This document shows positions 44,644-56,100 of a stretch of DNA of 64,000 nt, in pieces (the first letter of the stretch is position 1; each line of letters opens with the position of its first letter). The notes under the pieces were generated by a model. That model was not told the DNA's origin. It searched no databases and worked only from the letters and a program-made list of their open reading frames with translations. Origin of the DNA: an uncultured Planctomycetales bacterium (GTDB taxonomy: Bacteria > Planctomycetota > Phycisphaerae > UBA1845 > PWPN01); NCBI GenBank assembly GCA_964586235.1, contig CAZPIO010000009.1, forward strand, positions 36,916 to 100,915, read 5' to 3'. The position numbers and the translations under genes were made by a program.

Positions 44644-45609
44644 ATGTGCGCCGAGAACGTCAATACCGTCGAAGACGCCCCGCCGGTAAAGGCGGCGGAC
44701 AAGGATGTCGAGCTGGGCCTCCTGGCTCGCTTCAAGTACGAGCTGGTCCGCGGCTTCCTGTGGGGCTGGGCCCGCTGCTTCTCGCTGCGGGGGTTGTATC
44801 TCCTCGGCGCGGGCTTTGCCTTCTGCGAATGGCTCGTCAACTACAAGCGCCGGCGGCGGTTCCGCCAGCACCTCAAGACCGGCTTCGGCCGGGGTACCCG
44901 CGTCATCGACAAGACCACGGCCCGGCGGGCGTGCCTGCAGCATTTCATCCGGACCCGGTGCGACAAGCTCTTCTACCTGATCTTCGACAAGCTGCCCAGG
45001 GAGAAGATTCTCTCACGGGTGCGCTTCCCGCGAGAAGCCGACCTCGCCGAGGTGGCCGCACGGGGCAAAGGCGTTTACGTCTGCCTGAGCCACATCGGCT
45101 CGCACCACGTGCTGGGCCTGATCATGGCCCTGAAGGGCTTCCGTGTGGCCGGCGTGCGCGACCCCAATGAAGGTGCCCTGCGCCGCTATGTCCGGCTCAA
45201 GTACGAGGACGTCTTCCCCGAGTTCCGGGCCATCCGCGTGCTGTACTCCAACATGTATCCCAGGGACGTGTATCGCTGTTTCCAGGAAGGCTACATCCTC
45301 GGCAGCACCCTGGATATCGGCCGGGAACGCGGGGCTCATCTGCGAATGGTGACCGTGGAGATGTTCGGAAAACCCAGGGACTTCCTGGCCGGGCCGGTGC
45401 AGATCGCGCTGCGATGCAAGGCCCCGATTTACCAGGGTTTCGTCGTCTCCCGTCCCGACTTCTACTTCGACCTGATCCTGAAGGGCCCGCTGATCGAGTC
45501 CGAAGACGCCGCGGATACGCCCGAGACACTGCAGACCATCGTCCAGCGGTACGCGGACAACATCGCCGACCACTTGATCGAGTTTCCAGACCACATCAGC
45601 CGCACCTGA
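44644..45609 (+). CDS. lysophospholipid / lipid A (LpxL-HtrB-like) acyltransferase family protein
   Basis: ATG 44644. The 321-aa protein has an N-terminal membrane-associated helix (LVRGFLWGWARCFSLRGLYLLGAGFAF). Its acyltransferase-like core reads GKGVYVCLSHIGSHHVLG. Specificity is unknown. Confidence 0.65.
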   Translation: MCAENVNTVEDAPPVKAADKDVELGLLARFKYELVRGFLWGWARCFSLRGLYLLGAGFAFCEWLVNYKRRRRFRQHLKTGFGRGTRVIDKTTARRACLQHFIRTRCDKLFYLIFDKLPREKILSRVRFPREADLAEVAARGKGVYVCLSHIGSHHVLGLIMALKGFRVAGVRDPNEGALRRYVRLKYEDVFPEFRAIRVLYSNMYPRDVYRCFQEGYILGSTLDIGRERGAHLRMVTVEMFGKPRDFLAGPVQIALRCKAPIYQGFVVSRPDFYFDLILKGPLIESEDAADTPETLQTIVQRYADNIADHLIEFPDHISRT

Positions 45610-45756
45610 ACTGCGGCCGGCAGGCCTCAGACTCTGAGTGAGAAGCCCCCGGTACCCGGGGTGGTATGGCCAAGTCCGCCGTGGCGGACGCCGCCATGTC
45701 TTGCCGATTAGGAAGCACGATACTCTCAGAACTGTCTATGGCCGTCACAAGGCGCT

Positions 45757-46671
45757 TCACCCGGCCAACATGCGGACGGCGCGGGCGAGGCCGACGGCCT
45801 GACCCCTCTTCTTGACCGCCAGGACGGGGACGTTGCTGCGGCGGATGATCTGTTCGGTCACATTGCCAAGCAGCATGCCGGCGATACCCCGGCGGCCGTG
45901 GGCACCGATGACCAGCAAGTCGGCGGATTCGCCGCCGATCTGTTCGAGGATGACCGGGACCGGCTTGCGGTATAGATCAGGCACGCATCTGATCGTGAGG
46001 TTGGCGCCGGCCGCATCGGTACTATCGCGAAGCTGCTCGCACTCGCGATGAGCCAACTCCCCCATCAAGGCAATCTGCTTCTCGAGCGAGGTCCCGATAT
46101 TCAAATAACCGCTGCGCACCCAGTAGACGTTCAGGCAGACCACCTCGGCACCGCTGGCCGATCCCAACCCGCAGGCCGCCGCCAGGGCGTTACCTGAACA
46201 TTCGGAGTTGCGGACCGGAACCAGGATACGATTCCACTGCGGCGCGGCTCCATCCGGAAACACCAGAACGCAGCAGCGGGCCTTGCTCGCGACTCGGCGG
46301 GAGAAAGCACTCGATTCTTCCTCGCCGGCACGCCGGCCGAGGATGACGAGGTCGACCTCCTTGTGATGGGCGTAGCGGAGAATCTCGGACAGAGGCGAGC
46401 CTCCCACGACGGCACACTGCACTTTCTCGCGGCCATGCCCCTTGAACAGTTCGCTGGCCGTGTTGCGCAAGATGCTGGTTGTGATGCTCTTCCGGGCAAT
46501 GGCTACCCCGTTCACAGTCATCTTGGGGCGCGTCGCGGCCGGACACTGCACGTGGAGTAGATGAACCTCGCGAGCCTCGACCGCACGGGAGACGGCCGAG
46601 GCACAAGCCAGCAGAGCGCCGGCCTTGTCGAGGGTCTCGATACAGACCAGAACGCGCTGGAACTGCTTCAT
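45757..46671 (-). CDS. tandem-domain universal stress protein
   Basis: Two UspA-like halves are present. The first includes VDLVILGRRAGEE...CCVLVFP. The second includes ADLLVIGAHGRRGIAGMLLGNVTEQIIRRSNVPVLAV. Confidence 0.85.
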   Translation of the reverse strand: MKQFQRVLVCIETLDKAGALLACASAVSRAVEAREVHLLHVQCPAATRPKMTVNGVAIARKSITTSILRNTASELFKGHGREKVQCAVVGGSPLSEILRYAHHKEVDLVILGRRAGEEESSAFSRRVASKARCCVLVFPDGAAPQWNRILVPVRNSECSGNALAAACGLGSASGAEVVCLNVYWVRSGYLNIGTSLEKQIALMGELAHRECEQLRDSTDAAGANLTIRCVPDLYRKPVPVILEQIGGESADLLVIGAHGRRGIAGMLLGNVTEQIIRRSNVPVLAVKKRGQAVGLARAVRMLAG

Positions 46672-46752
46672 AGCGTAAGCTCCTCTGTTTGCAGGATTAT
46701 GATCGATGGAAAGTGAGGCAGGGTTTAGTTATGGGCTCTGCGGGGGCGGGAA

Positions 46753-47580
46753 TCAGTCGCCGTTTGACGGATTGTCGTCACCAGACCTCTCGGCCGTGAC
46801 CCGCTTGACCGCATGATTCGCGATCACCCCGATGACGGCGAGGGCAAGAACGGCACCGGCCACCCAGACGATGTAGAGCCATCGCTCATGGGGCATGGCG
46901 AAATCCGTGTGCCGGGCACGGGCACCCAGGTAGACGGCCAGGACGGTACGGGGAGCGATCCCGATCACTGTGCCCACGATGTACACCCATGGCGACACCC
47001 GACAGGCGGCCATGACCAGGTTGGTGATGGCGAACGGCGAATTGTGCGGGATTCTCAGCAGGGTCACGGTCAGCAGGGCCCGGCCGGGACCTGACCGGAT
47101 CAGTGCGTCGTAAACCGCCCGCCATTTGGGCTGCTCATCGATTAGTTTGACGAACCGGTCCCCCGCCCCACGGCGGGCGACAAGATAGCCTATCAGCGAG
47201 GCCCCGGTGATCCCGGCCATGGCGGCCGTGGAGCCCGTGGCCAGCCCGAATGCCCATCCTGCCAGCACCGACTGGGCGTACGTCGGCAACAAGGCCAGCC
47301 CCGCCAGTACTGCAAAGGCGGCTATGAACACCGCCACGCCAAGGCTCCCATGGTCGCGCAGCCAGGCGCCCATCGGGCCCATCGTGCCCAGTACCACGAA
47401 GCCCCCGATCGCCGGCAGGCTGGCCGCGATGATGGCCATGGGACCCATGGGGCCCAGGCGTCGGAACCCGTGCTTGAGGTCCTGGAAGGTGTACGGATCA
47501 CCGGCCTTCCGCCCGGCGTGAGCGACCGGCTCTGACTCGGCTCGCTGAGGCTCGTCAGGGGTGGGAAGCTGCTCGTCCAT
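46753..47580 (-). CDS. TVP38/TMEM64 (SNARE_assoc, DedA-related) membrane protein
   Basis: I chose the ATG at 47580 (MDEQLPTPDEP...); the track ORF extends to 47847. The protein has multiple TM helices and the family-like stretch LLPTYAQSVLAGWAFG. Confidence 0.75.
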   Translation of the reverse strand: MDEQLPTPDEPQRAESEPVAHAGRKAGDPYTFQDLKHGFRRLGPMGPMAIIAASLPAIGGFVVLGTMGPMGAWLRDHGSLGVAVFIAAFAVLAGLALLPTYAQSVLAGWAFGLATGSTAAMAGITGASLIGYLVARRGAGDRFVKLIDEQPKWRAVYDALIRSGPGRALLTVTLLRIPHNSPFAITNLVMAACRVSPWVYIVGTVIGIAPRTVLAVYLGARARHTDFAMPHERWLYIVWVAGAVLALAVIGVIANHAVKRVTAERSGDDNPSNGD

Positions 47581-47747
47581 CCCGTGAGGGTAGACAAGGC
47601 GAGTGGTTCCGTCAATCAGCGCGCCCGTTTGACCCGGATCGCGGACCTGATAACCTTTTTCACCCTTGAGGTCACGATGTCGCGATCGATCAACCGATCT
47701 CAACACGACGGCGCGAGTCGATCCCGCGACAAGGCGAGAACACGATT

Positions 47748-49262
47748 GTGACTGTTTCACAGAGAGGGCTTGCCGGCATGCTACTGATTGGAGCGATCCC
47801 GCCACAGTCAGCCGGGGTGCTTGAGAAGATCCAGGCTGCCCTGTCAACGGCGTCCGATTGGGTCTGGGGACCCTGGCTGCTGATCTTGCTGCTCGGGACG
47901 CATTTATTCCTCACCGTACGGCTGCGGTTCATCCAGCGGTACACCCTCAAGGCGATCCGCCTGTCTCTCGCCCGCAAGCGCGAAGGCAGCGGCGACATCA
48001 GTCACTTCGGGGCCCTGATGACCGCCCTGGCAGCCACCGTCGGGGCGGGCAATATCGTCGGTGTCGCTACCGCCGTGTCGCTCGGCGGGCCCGGGGCCGT
48101 GCTCTGGATGTGGTTGACAGGCGTGTTCGGAATCGCCACCAAGTACGCCGAGGCCGTGCTGGCGGTGAAATACCGCGTGACCACCCCAAATGGCCAGATG
48201 GCCGGCGGCCCGATGTATGCCCTTGAACGAGGCCTGAAACTGCGATGGCTTGCGGTGTTGTTCGCCCTGTTCACAGCTATTGCGGCATTCGGGATCGGCA
48301 ACATGGTGCAGGCTAACGCCGTTTCCGAAATGCTGACCGCACCCATGCATCTGCCGGCCCTTTTCGGTGGACACGAGATCAGTGTGCCCAAGTGGATCAC
48401 GGGCATCATCATGACCGTGTTGACGGGTGTGGTGATCCTCGGAGGGATCAGATCGATTGCCCGGGTGTGCGGGCTTCTGGTTCCGTTCATGGCAGTCTCC
48501 TATTTCGTCGGATGCGTGATCATTCTGGCCATGCGATACGAGACCATTCCGGAAACGGTAAGCCTGATCGTCCGCTGCGCGTTCACGAATGAGGCGGCCA
48601 TCGGCGGCGTTGTCGGCGTCGGCGTCCTCAAGACCATGCGGTACGGCGTGGCTCGCGGGCTGTTCTCAAACGAGTCGGGGCTGGGCAGCGCCCCGATTGT
48701 CGCCGCGGCCGCACAAACCAAGAACCCGGTACGGCAGGCCCTTGTCTCGTCGACGGGCACCTTCTGGGACACGGTGGTCATCTGTCTGATGACCGGTCTG
48801 GTCATCGTCAGTTCCGGGCATTGGCAGGAAGGCATCGAGGGGCCCGCTCTGACCAAGACAGCCTTCACCGCCCTCGGCCGTCTCGGACCGGTGGTCCTGT
48901 CGATGGGTCTGGCGACGTTCGTGTTTTCAACGATTCTCGGGTGGTCCTATTATGGGGAAAAAGCTTGCGAATATCTGCTCGGCAACCGGGCGATCCTGCC
49001 CTACCGCGCCCTGTGGGTCGTCGCGGTCATGATCGGCGCCACCGTTAAGCTCCAGGCGGTCTGGGACTTCGCCGACATCGCCAACGCCCTGATGGCCGTC
49101 CCCAACCTGATCGCCTTGCTGGGACTCAGCGGTGTCATCGTTGCCGAAACAAACAAGTACCTGTGGCAGAACCGTCTCGATGAAGAGGACTCGGTCGAGC
49201 CCGGCGGGCTGCCGGTTCGCCTGGCGGGATCTGCCGACGATCCGCCCACTCCCACCGCCTGA
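47748..49262 (+). CDS. sodium:alanine (amino acid:cation) symporter, AGCS family
   Basis: GTG 47748, or alternatively ATG 47778. Family signatures are GDISHFGALMTALAATVGAGNIVGVATAVSLGGPGAVLWMW and SNESGLGSAPIVAAAAQT. Confidence 0.9.
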   Translation: MTVSQRGLAGMLLIGAIPPQSAGVLEKIQAALSTASDWVWGPWLLILLLGTHLFLTVRLRFIQRYTLKAIRLSLARKREGSGDISHFGALMTALAATVGAGNIVGVATAVSLGGPGAVLWMWLTGVFGIATKYAEAVLAVKYRVTTPNGQMAGGPMYALERGLKLRWLAVLFALFTAIAAFGIGNMVQANAVSEMLTAPMHLPALFGGHEISVPKWITGIIMTVLTGVVILGGIRSIARVCGLLVPFMAVSYFVGCVIILAMRYETIPETVSLIVRCAFTNEAAIGGVVGVGVLKTMRYGVARGLFSNESGLGSAPIVAAAAQTKNPVRQALVSSTGTFWDTVVICLMTGLVIVSSGHWQEGIEGPALTKTAFTALGRLGPVVLSMGLATFVFSTILGWSYYGEKACEYLLGNRAILPYRALWVVAVMIGATVKLQAVWDFADIANALMAVPNLIALLGLSGVIVAETNKYLWQNRLDEEDSVEPGGLPVRLAGSADDPPTPTA

Positions 49263-49535
49263 GGCATGGATCCTCTCGCAGAAGTAAGTCGACCGGCGAG
49301 GGGTGCTTGGTGACGTCCGAGAACCACCGGAAGCAACCCACATCGGCAGTCAGAGGCCGCCGGAGATGGAGAGCCCCCCGGCCAAGGTCGATATCGCCGT
49401 TGACCGCACCGGTGCCGTGAAGGACTCTCGGCCTCGCCGGGTTCGGCCACCCGTTTCCAGAATCCTCGCGTCCGGCCGCCGTGTCAGATGCCCGGATCCG
49501 GGAAACATGATCAGTCACAGCGCGAGTCGGAGGCT

Positions 49536-51581
49536 ATGAAGCATCTCACCGATAGAGAATCCAGACAGTCGCGGCGATCTCCGCTGGCCCTGCTGGTTGA
49601 GGCTGACCAGGGGCATCGACTTCTGATCGAAAAGGCCTTCAGTCGCAGCGACGACCTTCTGAAGCTCAAAACGGTCCTGACGTTGCGGGAGGCCAGGGAA
49701 TACCTCGCGGATCAACGGCCGGACGTCCTGATCGTCGATCCCGATCTTCCGGACGGCGACGGGCGCGAGTTGCTCCCCGAAGACATCGAACAGTCGCCCT
49801 TCCCGATCATCGTTCTGACCGCCCCCAGCGATGAGAAAGCCGCGGTGCCTTCGTTCGTCGCCGGAGCCTCCGACTGCGTCGCGAAAAGCGCGGCCGCTCT
49901 GGAGGCCATGCCGCGGATCGCCTCACGCGTGCTGCACGGATGGCATCAGGTTGAGAGACGCCGGCTGGCTGAAAGCGCCCTTCTTCACGAACGACAGCGT
50001 CTCGCAGGAATCGTCAAAGCGCTGCCTCCGATCGTGGTGGGAATGCAGGCCGATGGCACGATCAACATGGTCAACCCTGCAGGCGAACAGGTTTGCGGGC
50101 ACTCCTCCGGCGAACTCGTGGGGCGCAACTGGTGTCACACTTTCTTCGCCGAACGCGACCGCCTCTGCGCCGAGCAGATGATTCAGGATCTGAAGCGCAG
50201 CGGCCAGCCTGTTGTCCGGGAAACAGCGCTGAAGTGCTGCGGCGGCGGGCAGCGGTTCATCTCCTGGGAACTCATCGGCCTGAGGGAGCGGAGCGGAGCG
50301 GCCGGCGAACTCATCGCCCTGGGCACCGACATCGCCTCCCTCCGACAGACCGAGGCCATGAACCGCATCCAAAGCAGCGCGTTGCAGGCCGTGGCCAATT
50401 GCGTGGTCATCACGGACCGAAACGGCTGCGTGAACTGGGTCAATCCATCCTTCACCCGGATTACGGGCTACTCCCTGGAAGAGGTCGTCGGCAAAAACCT
50501 CCGCATCCTCAAGAGCGGCAAGCACAACAGCGAATTCTACCGCGACCTCTGGGAGAGCATCCTGGCCGGCCGCGTCTGGGAAGGTGTTCTGGTCAACCGC
50601 CGCAAGGACGGCGTTCTCTACGACGACGAGACAACGATCACCCCCGTGCCTGATGAGTCGGGCCAGATCACCCACTTCATCGCCATCAAGCAGGATATCA
50701 CCGAGCGAAGAAAGGCCGAGCGGGCGATGAAGAACTATGCCAAGACGCTGGAGGAGACCGCCCGGGAACTCGCGGAGATCACCTGGATCGCTGAGCAGAC
50801 GCGGGACGAGGCCGAGCGGGCCAACAAGGTCAAGAGCGAGTTTCTGGCCAAGATGTCCCACGAGCTGCGCACGCCGCTGAACTCGATTATCGGCTTCACC
50901 GAGTTGATGATCGACGACAGGCAGGATGTGCCGGGAGCGAAGCGCGCGAACCGTCTCGAGAAGGTGCATCGCAACGCGAAGAATCTCCTGGCCCTCATCA
51001 ACGACATCCTCGACCTGTCCAAGATCGAGGCCGACCGGCTCTCTCTGGACTGGGCCTGGCTCGACGTGCAACGCCTGATCCGGGAATGCGTCGAATCCGC
51101 CCAACCGCTCGTCCGCCCCGACGTCCGGCTGGAGGCGGCGATCGATCCGTCCGTCACCGACACCGCCCAGTGGTACGGCGACGAGGTCCGGCTCCGACAG
51201 TCGCTGACCAATCTCCTCAGCAATGCCGCCAAGTTCACCGAGTCCGGCCGGATCGAGGTCCGCGCCGCAATCGACGAAGGCGTTCTGGTGATCGATGTGG
51301 AAGACACCGGAATCGGCATCGCCCCCGAGAACCTGTCCCGGGTCTTCCGCGAGTTTGAGCAGGTTGACTCCTCCAGCACACGACGGGCAGGCGGAACGGG
51401 CCTCGGACTGGCGATAACGCAACGGTTGTGCAAGCTGATGAAGGGCGAGATATCAGTCAAAAGCCAACTGGGAACAGGCTCCTGCTTTACGATTCGTCTG
51501 CCGCGATTGTCGGAAAGCGATATCAGCGAAGCTGCAGGCACAGACAGTCCAGCTTCAGCAGTATTGAGCGTGCAGTCCTGA
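49536..51581 (+). CDS. cytoplasmic hybrid sensor histidine kinase (REC-PAS-PAS-HisKA-HATPase)
   Basis: ATG 49536. The N-terminal receiver reads ALLVEADQGHRLL...DVLIVDPDLPDGDG. The PAS segments include ITDRNGCVNWVNPSFTRITGYSLEEVVGKN. The H-box is FLAKMSHELRTPLNSIIGF and the G-box is GGTGLGLAI. Confidence 0.9.
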   Translation: MKHLTDRESRQSRRSPLALLVEADQGHRLLIEKAFSRSDDLLKLKTVLTLREAREYLADQRPDVLIVDPDLPDGDGRELLPEDIEQSPFPIIVLTAPSDEKAAVPSFVAGASDCVAKSAAALEAMPRIASRVLHGWHQVERRRLAESALLHERQRLAGIVKALPPIVVGMQADGTINMVNPAGEQVCGHSSGELVGRNWCHTFFAERDRLCAEQMIQDLKRSGQPVVRETALKCCGGGQRFISWELIGLRERSGAAGELIALGTDIASLRQTEAMNRIQSSALQAVANCVVITDRNGCVNWVNPSFTRITGYSLEEVVGKNLRILKSGKHNSEFYRDLWESILAGRVWEGVLVNRRKDGVLYDDETTITPVPDESGQITHFIAIKQDITERRKAERAMKNYAKTLEETARELAEITWIAEQTRDEAERANKVKSEFLAKMSHELRTPLNSIIGFTELMIDDRQDVPGAKRANRLEKVHRNAKNLLALINDILDLSKIEADRLSLDWAWLDVQRLIRECVESAQPLVRPDVRLEAAIDPSVTDTAQWYGDEVRLRQSLTNLLSNAAKFTESGRIEVRAAIDEGVLVIDVEDTGIGIAPENLSRVFREFEQVDSSSTRRAGGTGLGLAITQRLCKLMKGEISVKSQLGTGSCFTIRLPRLSESDISEAAGTDSPASAVLSVQS

Positions 51582-51749
51582 CGCAAGCGTATTATTGGGC
51601 GATCGCGGGCGACCGCGGACACGGCACACCACCGCGATACAACAGACTAGTCAAAGTCATCCCGCCCAGACCCGATTAAACTACCGCAGGGCCGTGCCGC
51701 CATCGGAGGGGGCCGCCAGGCCGACTCATTGGAGATCTTGAGACAGGAT

Positions 51750-52139
51750 ATGAAGAAGATACTCGTCGTCGAGGATACGCAGGACAACTTCGATCTCGTT
51801 GCTGACGCCCTGGGCAGCCTCTACGAGATCAGCCACGCAGAGACGGGTCCTGCGGGCATCACGCAGGCAGCAAGCCTGCATCCCGACCTGATTCTGTTGG
51901 ACATGAGCATCCCGGAGCTGGATGGATGGGAAGTTGCCAGGCGGCTGAGAGCCAACGCGGCGACGGCGGAAATCCCCGTCATCGCCCTGACGGCACATGC
52001 CATGAAAGGCGACCGAGAGCGATGCCTCGATGCCGGCTGCACGGACTACATATCCAAGCCGCTGAGCGTCCGGGAACTGGTCCGACTGGCGGAACGATAC
52101 GCGCCGACAGCGGGAAGCTGTACGACAACACCAGGTTGA
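51750..52139 (+). CDS. single-domain CheY-like response regulator
   Basis: The receiver reads MKKILVVEDTQDNFDLV...PDLILLDMSIPELDGWEV...IPVIALTAHAMKGDRERCLDAGCTDYISKP. The track ORF starts at a TTG at 51729. Confidence 0.9.
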   Translation: MKKILVVEDTQDNFDLVADALGSLYEISHAETGPAGITQAASLHPDLILLDMSIPELDGWEVARRLRANAATAEIPVIALTAHAMKGDRERCLDAGCTDYISKPLSVRELVRLAERYAPTAGSCTTTPG

Positions 52140-52189
52140 GCCGTCGGATGGTGGCCACTGATAGTCGTTGACACAGAGGATGCCTCGGA

Positions 52190-53086
52190 ATGAATGCAGC
52201 CAGCGAAGAAATCGACCTTTCAACGGTCACCATACTCGCAGTGGACGACTTGGAGGACAACCTCGATCTGATCGAGGAGTACCTCGACGGCGTGGTATGG
52301 AGTGTCATCCGCGCGGACTCGGGCGAGGCCTGTATCAGCCAGGCAATCGAGCACAGCCCCGACGCGATTCTCCTGGATCTCATGATGCCAAACATGAACG
52401 GCCTGTCGGTGATCCGCTCAATCCGCGGGATCGAGCGTCTCCGGCACATTCCGATCATTCTGCACACCGCCTACGCCGACCGCGACAACATCATCGCCGC
52501 CCGCAGACTGGGCTGCAATCACATCCTCGCCAAGCCGCTGTCGCGAGAGCGGCTTCTGGCCGAAATCCGGAAGACCTTGGCGGAAAAGCCTCCACCGGCA
52601 AAGAGCGAAGCGTCAACCGAGCAGGAAAACGATGCGAAAACAAAAGACCTGATTGCCGGAGCGCGGGCGGCCAGGCAGATGATCGAAAGCAACGATCGCG
52701 AGAAGGCCGTCTCCAAGATTGAGACCATCGAATGCCTGCAGAACCTGATCCGCGACGACAGTTCCATCGGCCAGCAACTGATCAGGGTGGCCAATTCGCC
52801 CAAGTATATGGGCATCAGACGAATCGAGACGGTCCGAGAAGCGATCGTCCGCATCGGCATGCGAGAGGCGAAAGCCCTCATCAAGAAAGCATCACCTCGA
52901 ATGCTCAAGGGCACCAACTCCGCCTGGACCATCCGGGCACTCGATCTGCTGGAGACCATCACGAGGCTGTTCCCTGAGCGGGCGTCCACCGAGGAGGGAC
53001 TCCTGTCACTGCTGGATGACCTCGCCTCGGGCCCGGTGAGGGATTCGGCACAAACGGTGGTCGACAGGGTAAAAAGCGGCTCGTAG
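52190..53086 (+). CDS. response regulator receiver fused to an HDOD-like domain
   Basis: ATG 52190. The receiver reads ILAVDDLEDNLDL...DAILLDLMMPNMNG...IPIILHTAYAD. The C-terminal part, LQNLIRDDSSIGQQLIRVANSPKYMGIRRIETVREAIVRIGMREAKALI, resembles the HDOD N-terminal helices. Confidence 0.8.
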   Translation: MNAASEEIDLSTVTILAVDDLEDNLDLIEEYLDGVVWSVIRADSGEACISQAIEHSPDAILLDLMMPNMNGLSVIRSIRGIERLRHIPIILHTAYADRDNIIAARRLGCNHILAKPLSRERLLAEIRKTLAEKPPPAKSEASTEQENDAKTKDLIAGARAARQMIESNDREKAVSKIETIECLQNLIRDDSSIGQQLIRVANSPKYMGIRRIETVREAIVRIGMREAKALIKKASPRMLKGTNSAWTIRALDLLETITRLFPERASTEEGLLSLLDDLASGPVRDSAQTVVDRVKSGS

Positions 53087-53190
53087 AAGGCCGGTCGACA
53101 CCGCTCAGCCCTCTTTCAAGACCCTGCACGGACAGGGCCGGCACGCCGGTCTGCCGCCTTACCATCGGGCCGCATCTGCCGCATCGAGAC

Positions 53191-56100
53191 TCAGTAATGG
53201 GCTTCGACCTGAATCGTCTTGCCCGTGGGAGCAAGTCGAATCGTCTCGCGCTTCGGATCAAAATCGGCGTGCGGACGCCCATCCACGGTGACCGACTTCA
53301 TCGGCTTGCCCTCCGGATGCCTCAGGCGCAGCACGATAGCCTTGGGCGCCGATCGCGTCGGAGGCTCAATCTCCGCGCCAATGCGGCCCTGGCTGGGCGC
53401 CGATCTGATCCGGTAACTGACAACACCGAACAGGGTCGGGGCACTCTTCACGCCGATGCTCATGTCGTCCTTGAACCAGTTGCTGGTCACGAAGGGAGCT
53501 AGCCAGAGTTCCTCGCCCCGCTCCGTCACCAGCATGGTCCGCGACTGGTACAGGAAGTAGCCGGTTTCGTGAGTCTTGTTGTAACAGAAGTTCGAGAAGT
53601 GCTCGAAAATCGACAGGCAGGTCCCGTCGATCAGCGAAGCCAGCGTATTGAAATAGCTCCGGACGAACGGCTTGACGTCGTCGCGCAAGGCGCTGATCTC
53701 CGCGTTGCGGCAATAGTACGGCTGCACCTTGGCAAAGCCGCCCATGTCGAACCACTCGGCATGGTTGCGCTCGGCCGGGTACCCGCCCCAGCCATCCGAC
53801 AGGAACTGCACGTCCTCCATGTGATTCATGATCCAATCGACGTCCGGAGCATCGGGCTTCATGACCCCCAGGGCGATCATGTGGTGGCTGCCCAGATCAA
53901 CGTCATAAGCCCAACTGCGGTTGCCATCCTGGCCGGGGTAGTAGTCGGCCATCGGGCCGGGGGTGTAGACCGATCCGGGATAATACGGCACCCAGGTCCC
54001 GTCGCGAAGCGGCACCACCGGAGCCTGTGCCTGCGATTCCTTGAAGGCCCGCACGATCTCGCCACGCAGTTCCTCGGCGGCAGCCACAACCTTGTTGCCG
54101 TCTGGGTGGCCGATGGCCTTAAGGGCCTGCCCCGTTGCCGCCAGACCTGCCCGGAAATAGCTGTTCGCGTAGAAGTAATAGGCATAGGCGTTCCAATCCG
54201 CCTGGACGCCCGGAGGCATGAGGCCGTATTCGGGCAACTTGCGGCTGTCGGTCCTGAGCTTGCGCGTCTTGGCAGGCTGGGCCGTCACCCACTGGCACAG
54301 TCCGGCGGGCTTGTCTACGACCGACTTGAACCATTCGTCGTCGCGGGCCAGTTGCATGTACTCGCCGAGGGCCCACAGGTGCCAGCCATTACCCATCAGC
54401 GTGTAACCCATGGTCATGAAGCCTTCGGGCTTGTAGTGGGTGAAGAAGTACTCAAACGAGCGCCGGGCGAAGTCGTTCTGGCCCCAGTACTGCATGCCGC
54501 GGATCGGTGAGTTGCCCTCGCTGTCGATGGCCACCCAGTAGCGGTCCGACGCGATCCACGGGACGATCAGCCTGCCCTGCTGCTCGTTGCGGGCCGCCAG
54601 CAGCACGTGAACCAGGTTGGCTCTGATCACGTCGGCAATCCACGGGTCTGGAAGATCGATCTGCATGCCTGTAACCAGGATCGCCTCCCAGTAAGCCTTG
54701 AAGCGATCAAAGAGCGCCTCACCGCCAGTAAGCTCCTCTTGTTGATCGGGCGTCATCTGCCATGCGGGCAAGTAGATGTAGCATCGGGCGCTGCCGCCGG
54801 CCGGCAATCGACCGGACAGCGAGACATGCCCCTTGTTGCCGCGGACCTTGCTGCCGGCGAATTCACCGCAATCGAAAACGCCCACAAGCTGTCCCTTGTC
54901 GGTCACAATCGTGCGATTCGAGACCGTCTCGATCGATGGCCGCCTGCTATCATCTTCGCCGCTGGAAAAGAGGAAGGATGCGCCCACCTCGGCCAACTCG
55001 GCCTTGGTGTTCTTCATCGTCAGTTCGACCATGCACAGCGGCTTGGCGTTCAGCCACCGCGGCGCCGTCGGCAGGTTTTCCTTCGCAAACGGCACCACGT
55101 AAATCCGCTGCCGGTACTCGAGGCCGCCAGCCGTTGCGGTAATCACCGGCGCCGGCAGCCAGCCGCCCTCCAGGTGGCGGCTCAGCTTGGGTGCCTCGGT
55201 GAACAGTTCCGTCAGATAGACGGGCTCAGCAGCCTGCCCCTTGCCGATCAGCCGGGCCTCGCACCAGTTACCGGCATCAAAACCCCGACCGTCGCCGGCA
55301 TCGGTCAGTTTCAACGACAGGGTCTGAGCACCGGCCAGAGGTACGCTCACCGGCTTGGGATCGTCGTTTTCCTTCATGACGCCGCTGTCGAACCGCTTTT
55401 CACCGTCCACCAGCACCTGGAACACCACGCTCCCCGGCGCGCCGCCCCCCTGCCACTGGAGACCGACCTCGGCCTCAAACCGTTCGTAGCCCTCGCTCAC
55501 ATCGATCACGATTTCACCCATGGAGTGATGCCCGAGACCTCGCGAGTACTTCTTGTCATGAATCTGCAAGGCCAACGCGCTGGCTGGGTCGGCGTGGGCA
55601 GCCTTGTTCAGGCCCAGGCTGCCCCAGGTCTGCGACTGGCCCAGGATCCGCCGATTCCCGAACATCGGCGTGAACACGCAGTTGGCCGTACGGCCCTTGG
55701 CATCTCTGTCGAAATTGTCGTAATAGAAGATCGTCCCGTTGGGCTCGGTCACGAACTTGGCGTTATCGCAGGCCAGCGAGATCATCATCCGCCCGGCATC
55801 CAGGCTCGAGTTGTAGTGCGTCTTGCTCATGGCCCGCTCGCGGGTCTGGTCGGGCATCTCCCGAACCTGCTCCAGAACGGTCTTCTTCCCCTCGAACTCC
55901 CGCTTGTACTCCTCCATGTTCTTGTCCGCCGGCACCTTGCTGACAAACAGGCCCGCGTGGGCTACGTAAACCGGACCGCGTTCCAGCACGTCGTCCATGG
56001 CCACGGCGAACGAGCCTTCGGGCATGCGAAAACGGATCGAGGTCCGATCCGCCCGCACCTGGCGGGTCGCATCGAGCGAGGCGTGACGAACGGTGAGTTC

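Noticed and set aside
47581-47747. Possible glycine riboswitch in front of the Na/alanine symporter
   Set aside because: No GGAGAG...CACCG...CTCTGGAGAG-type aptamer elements can be found in the 167-bp divergent spacer.
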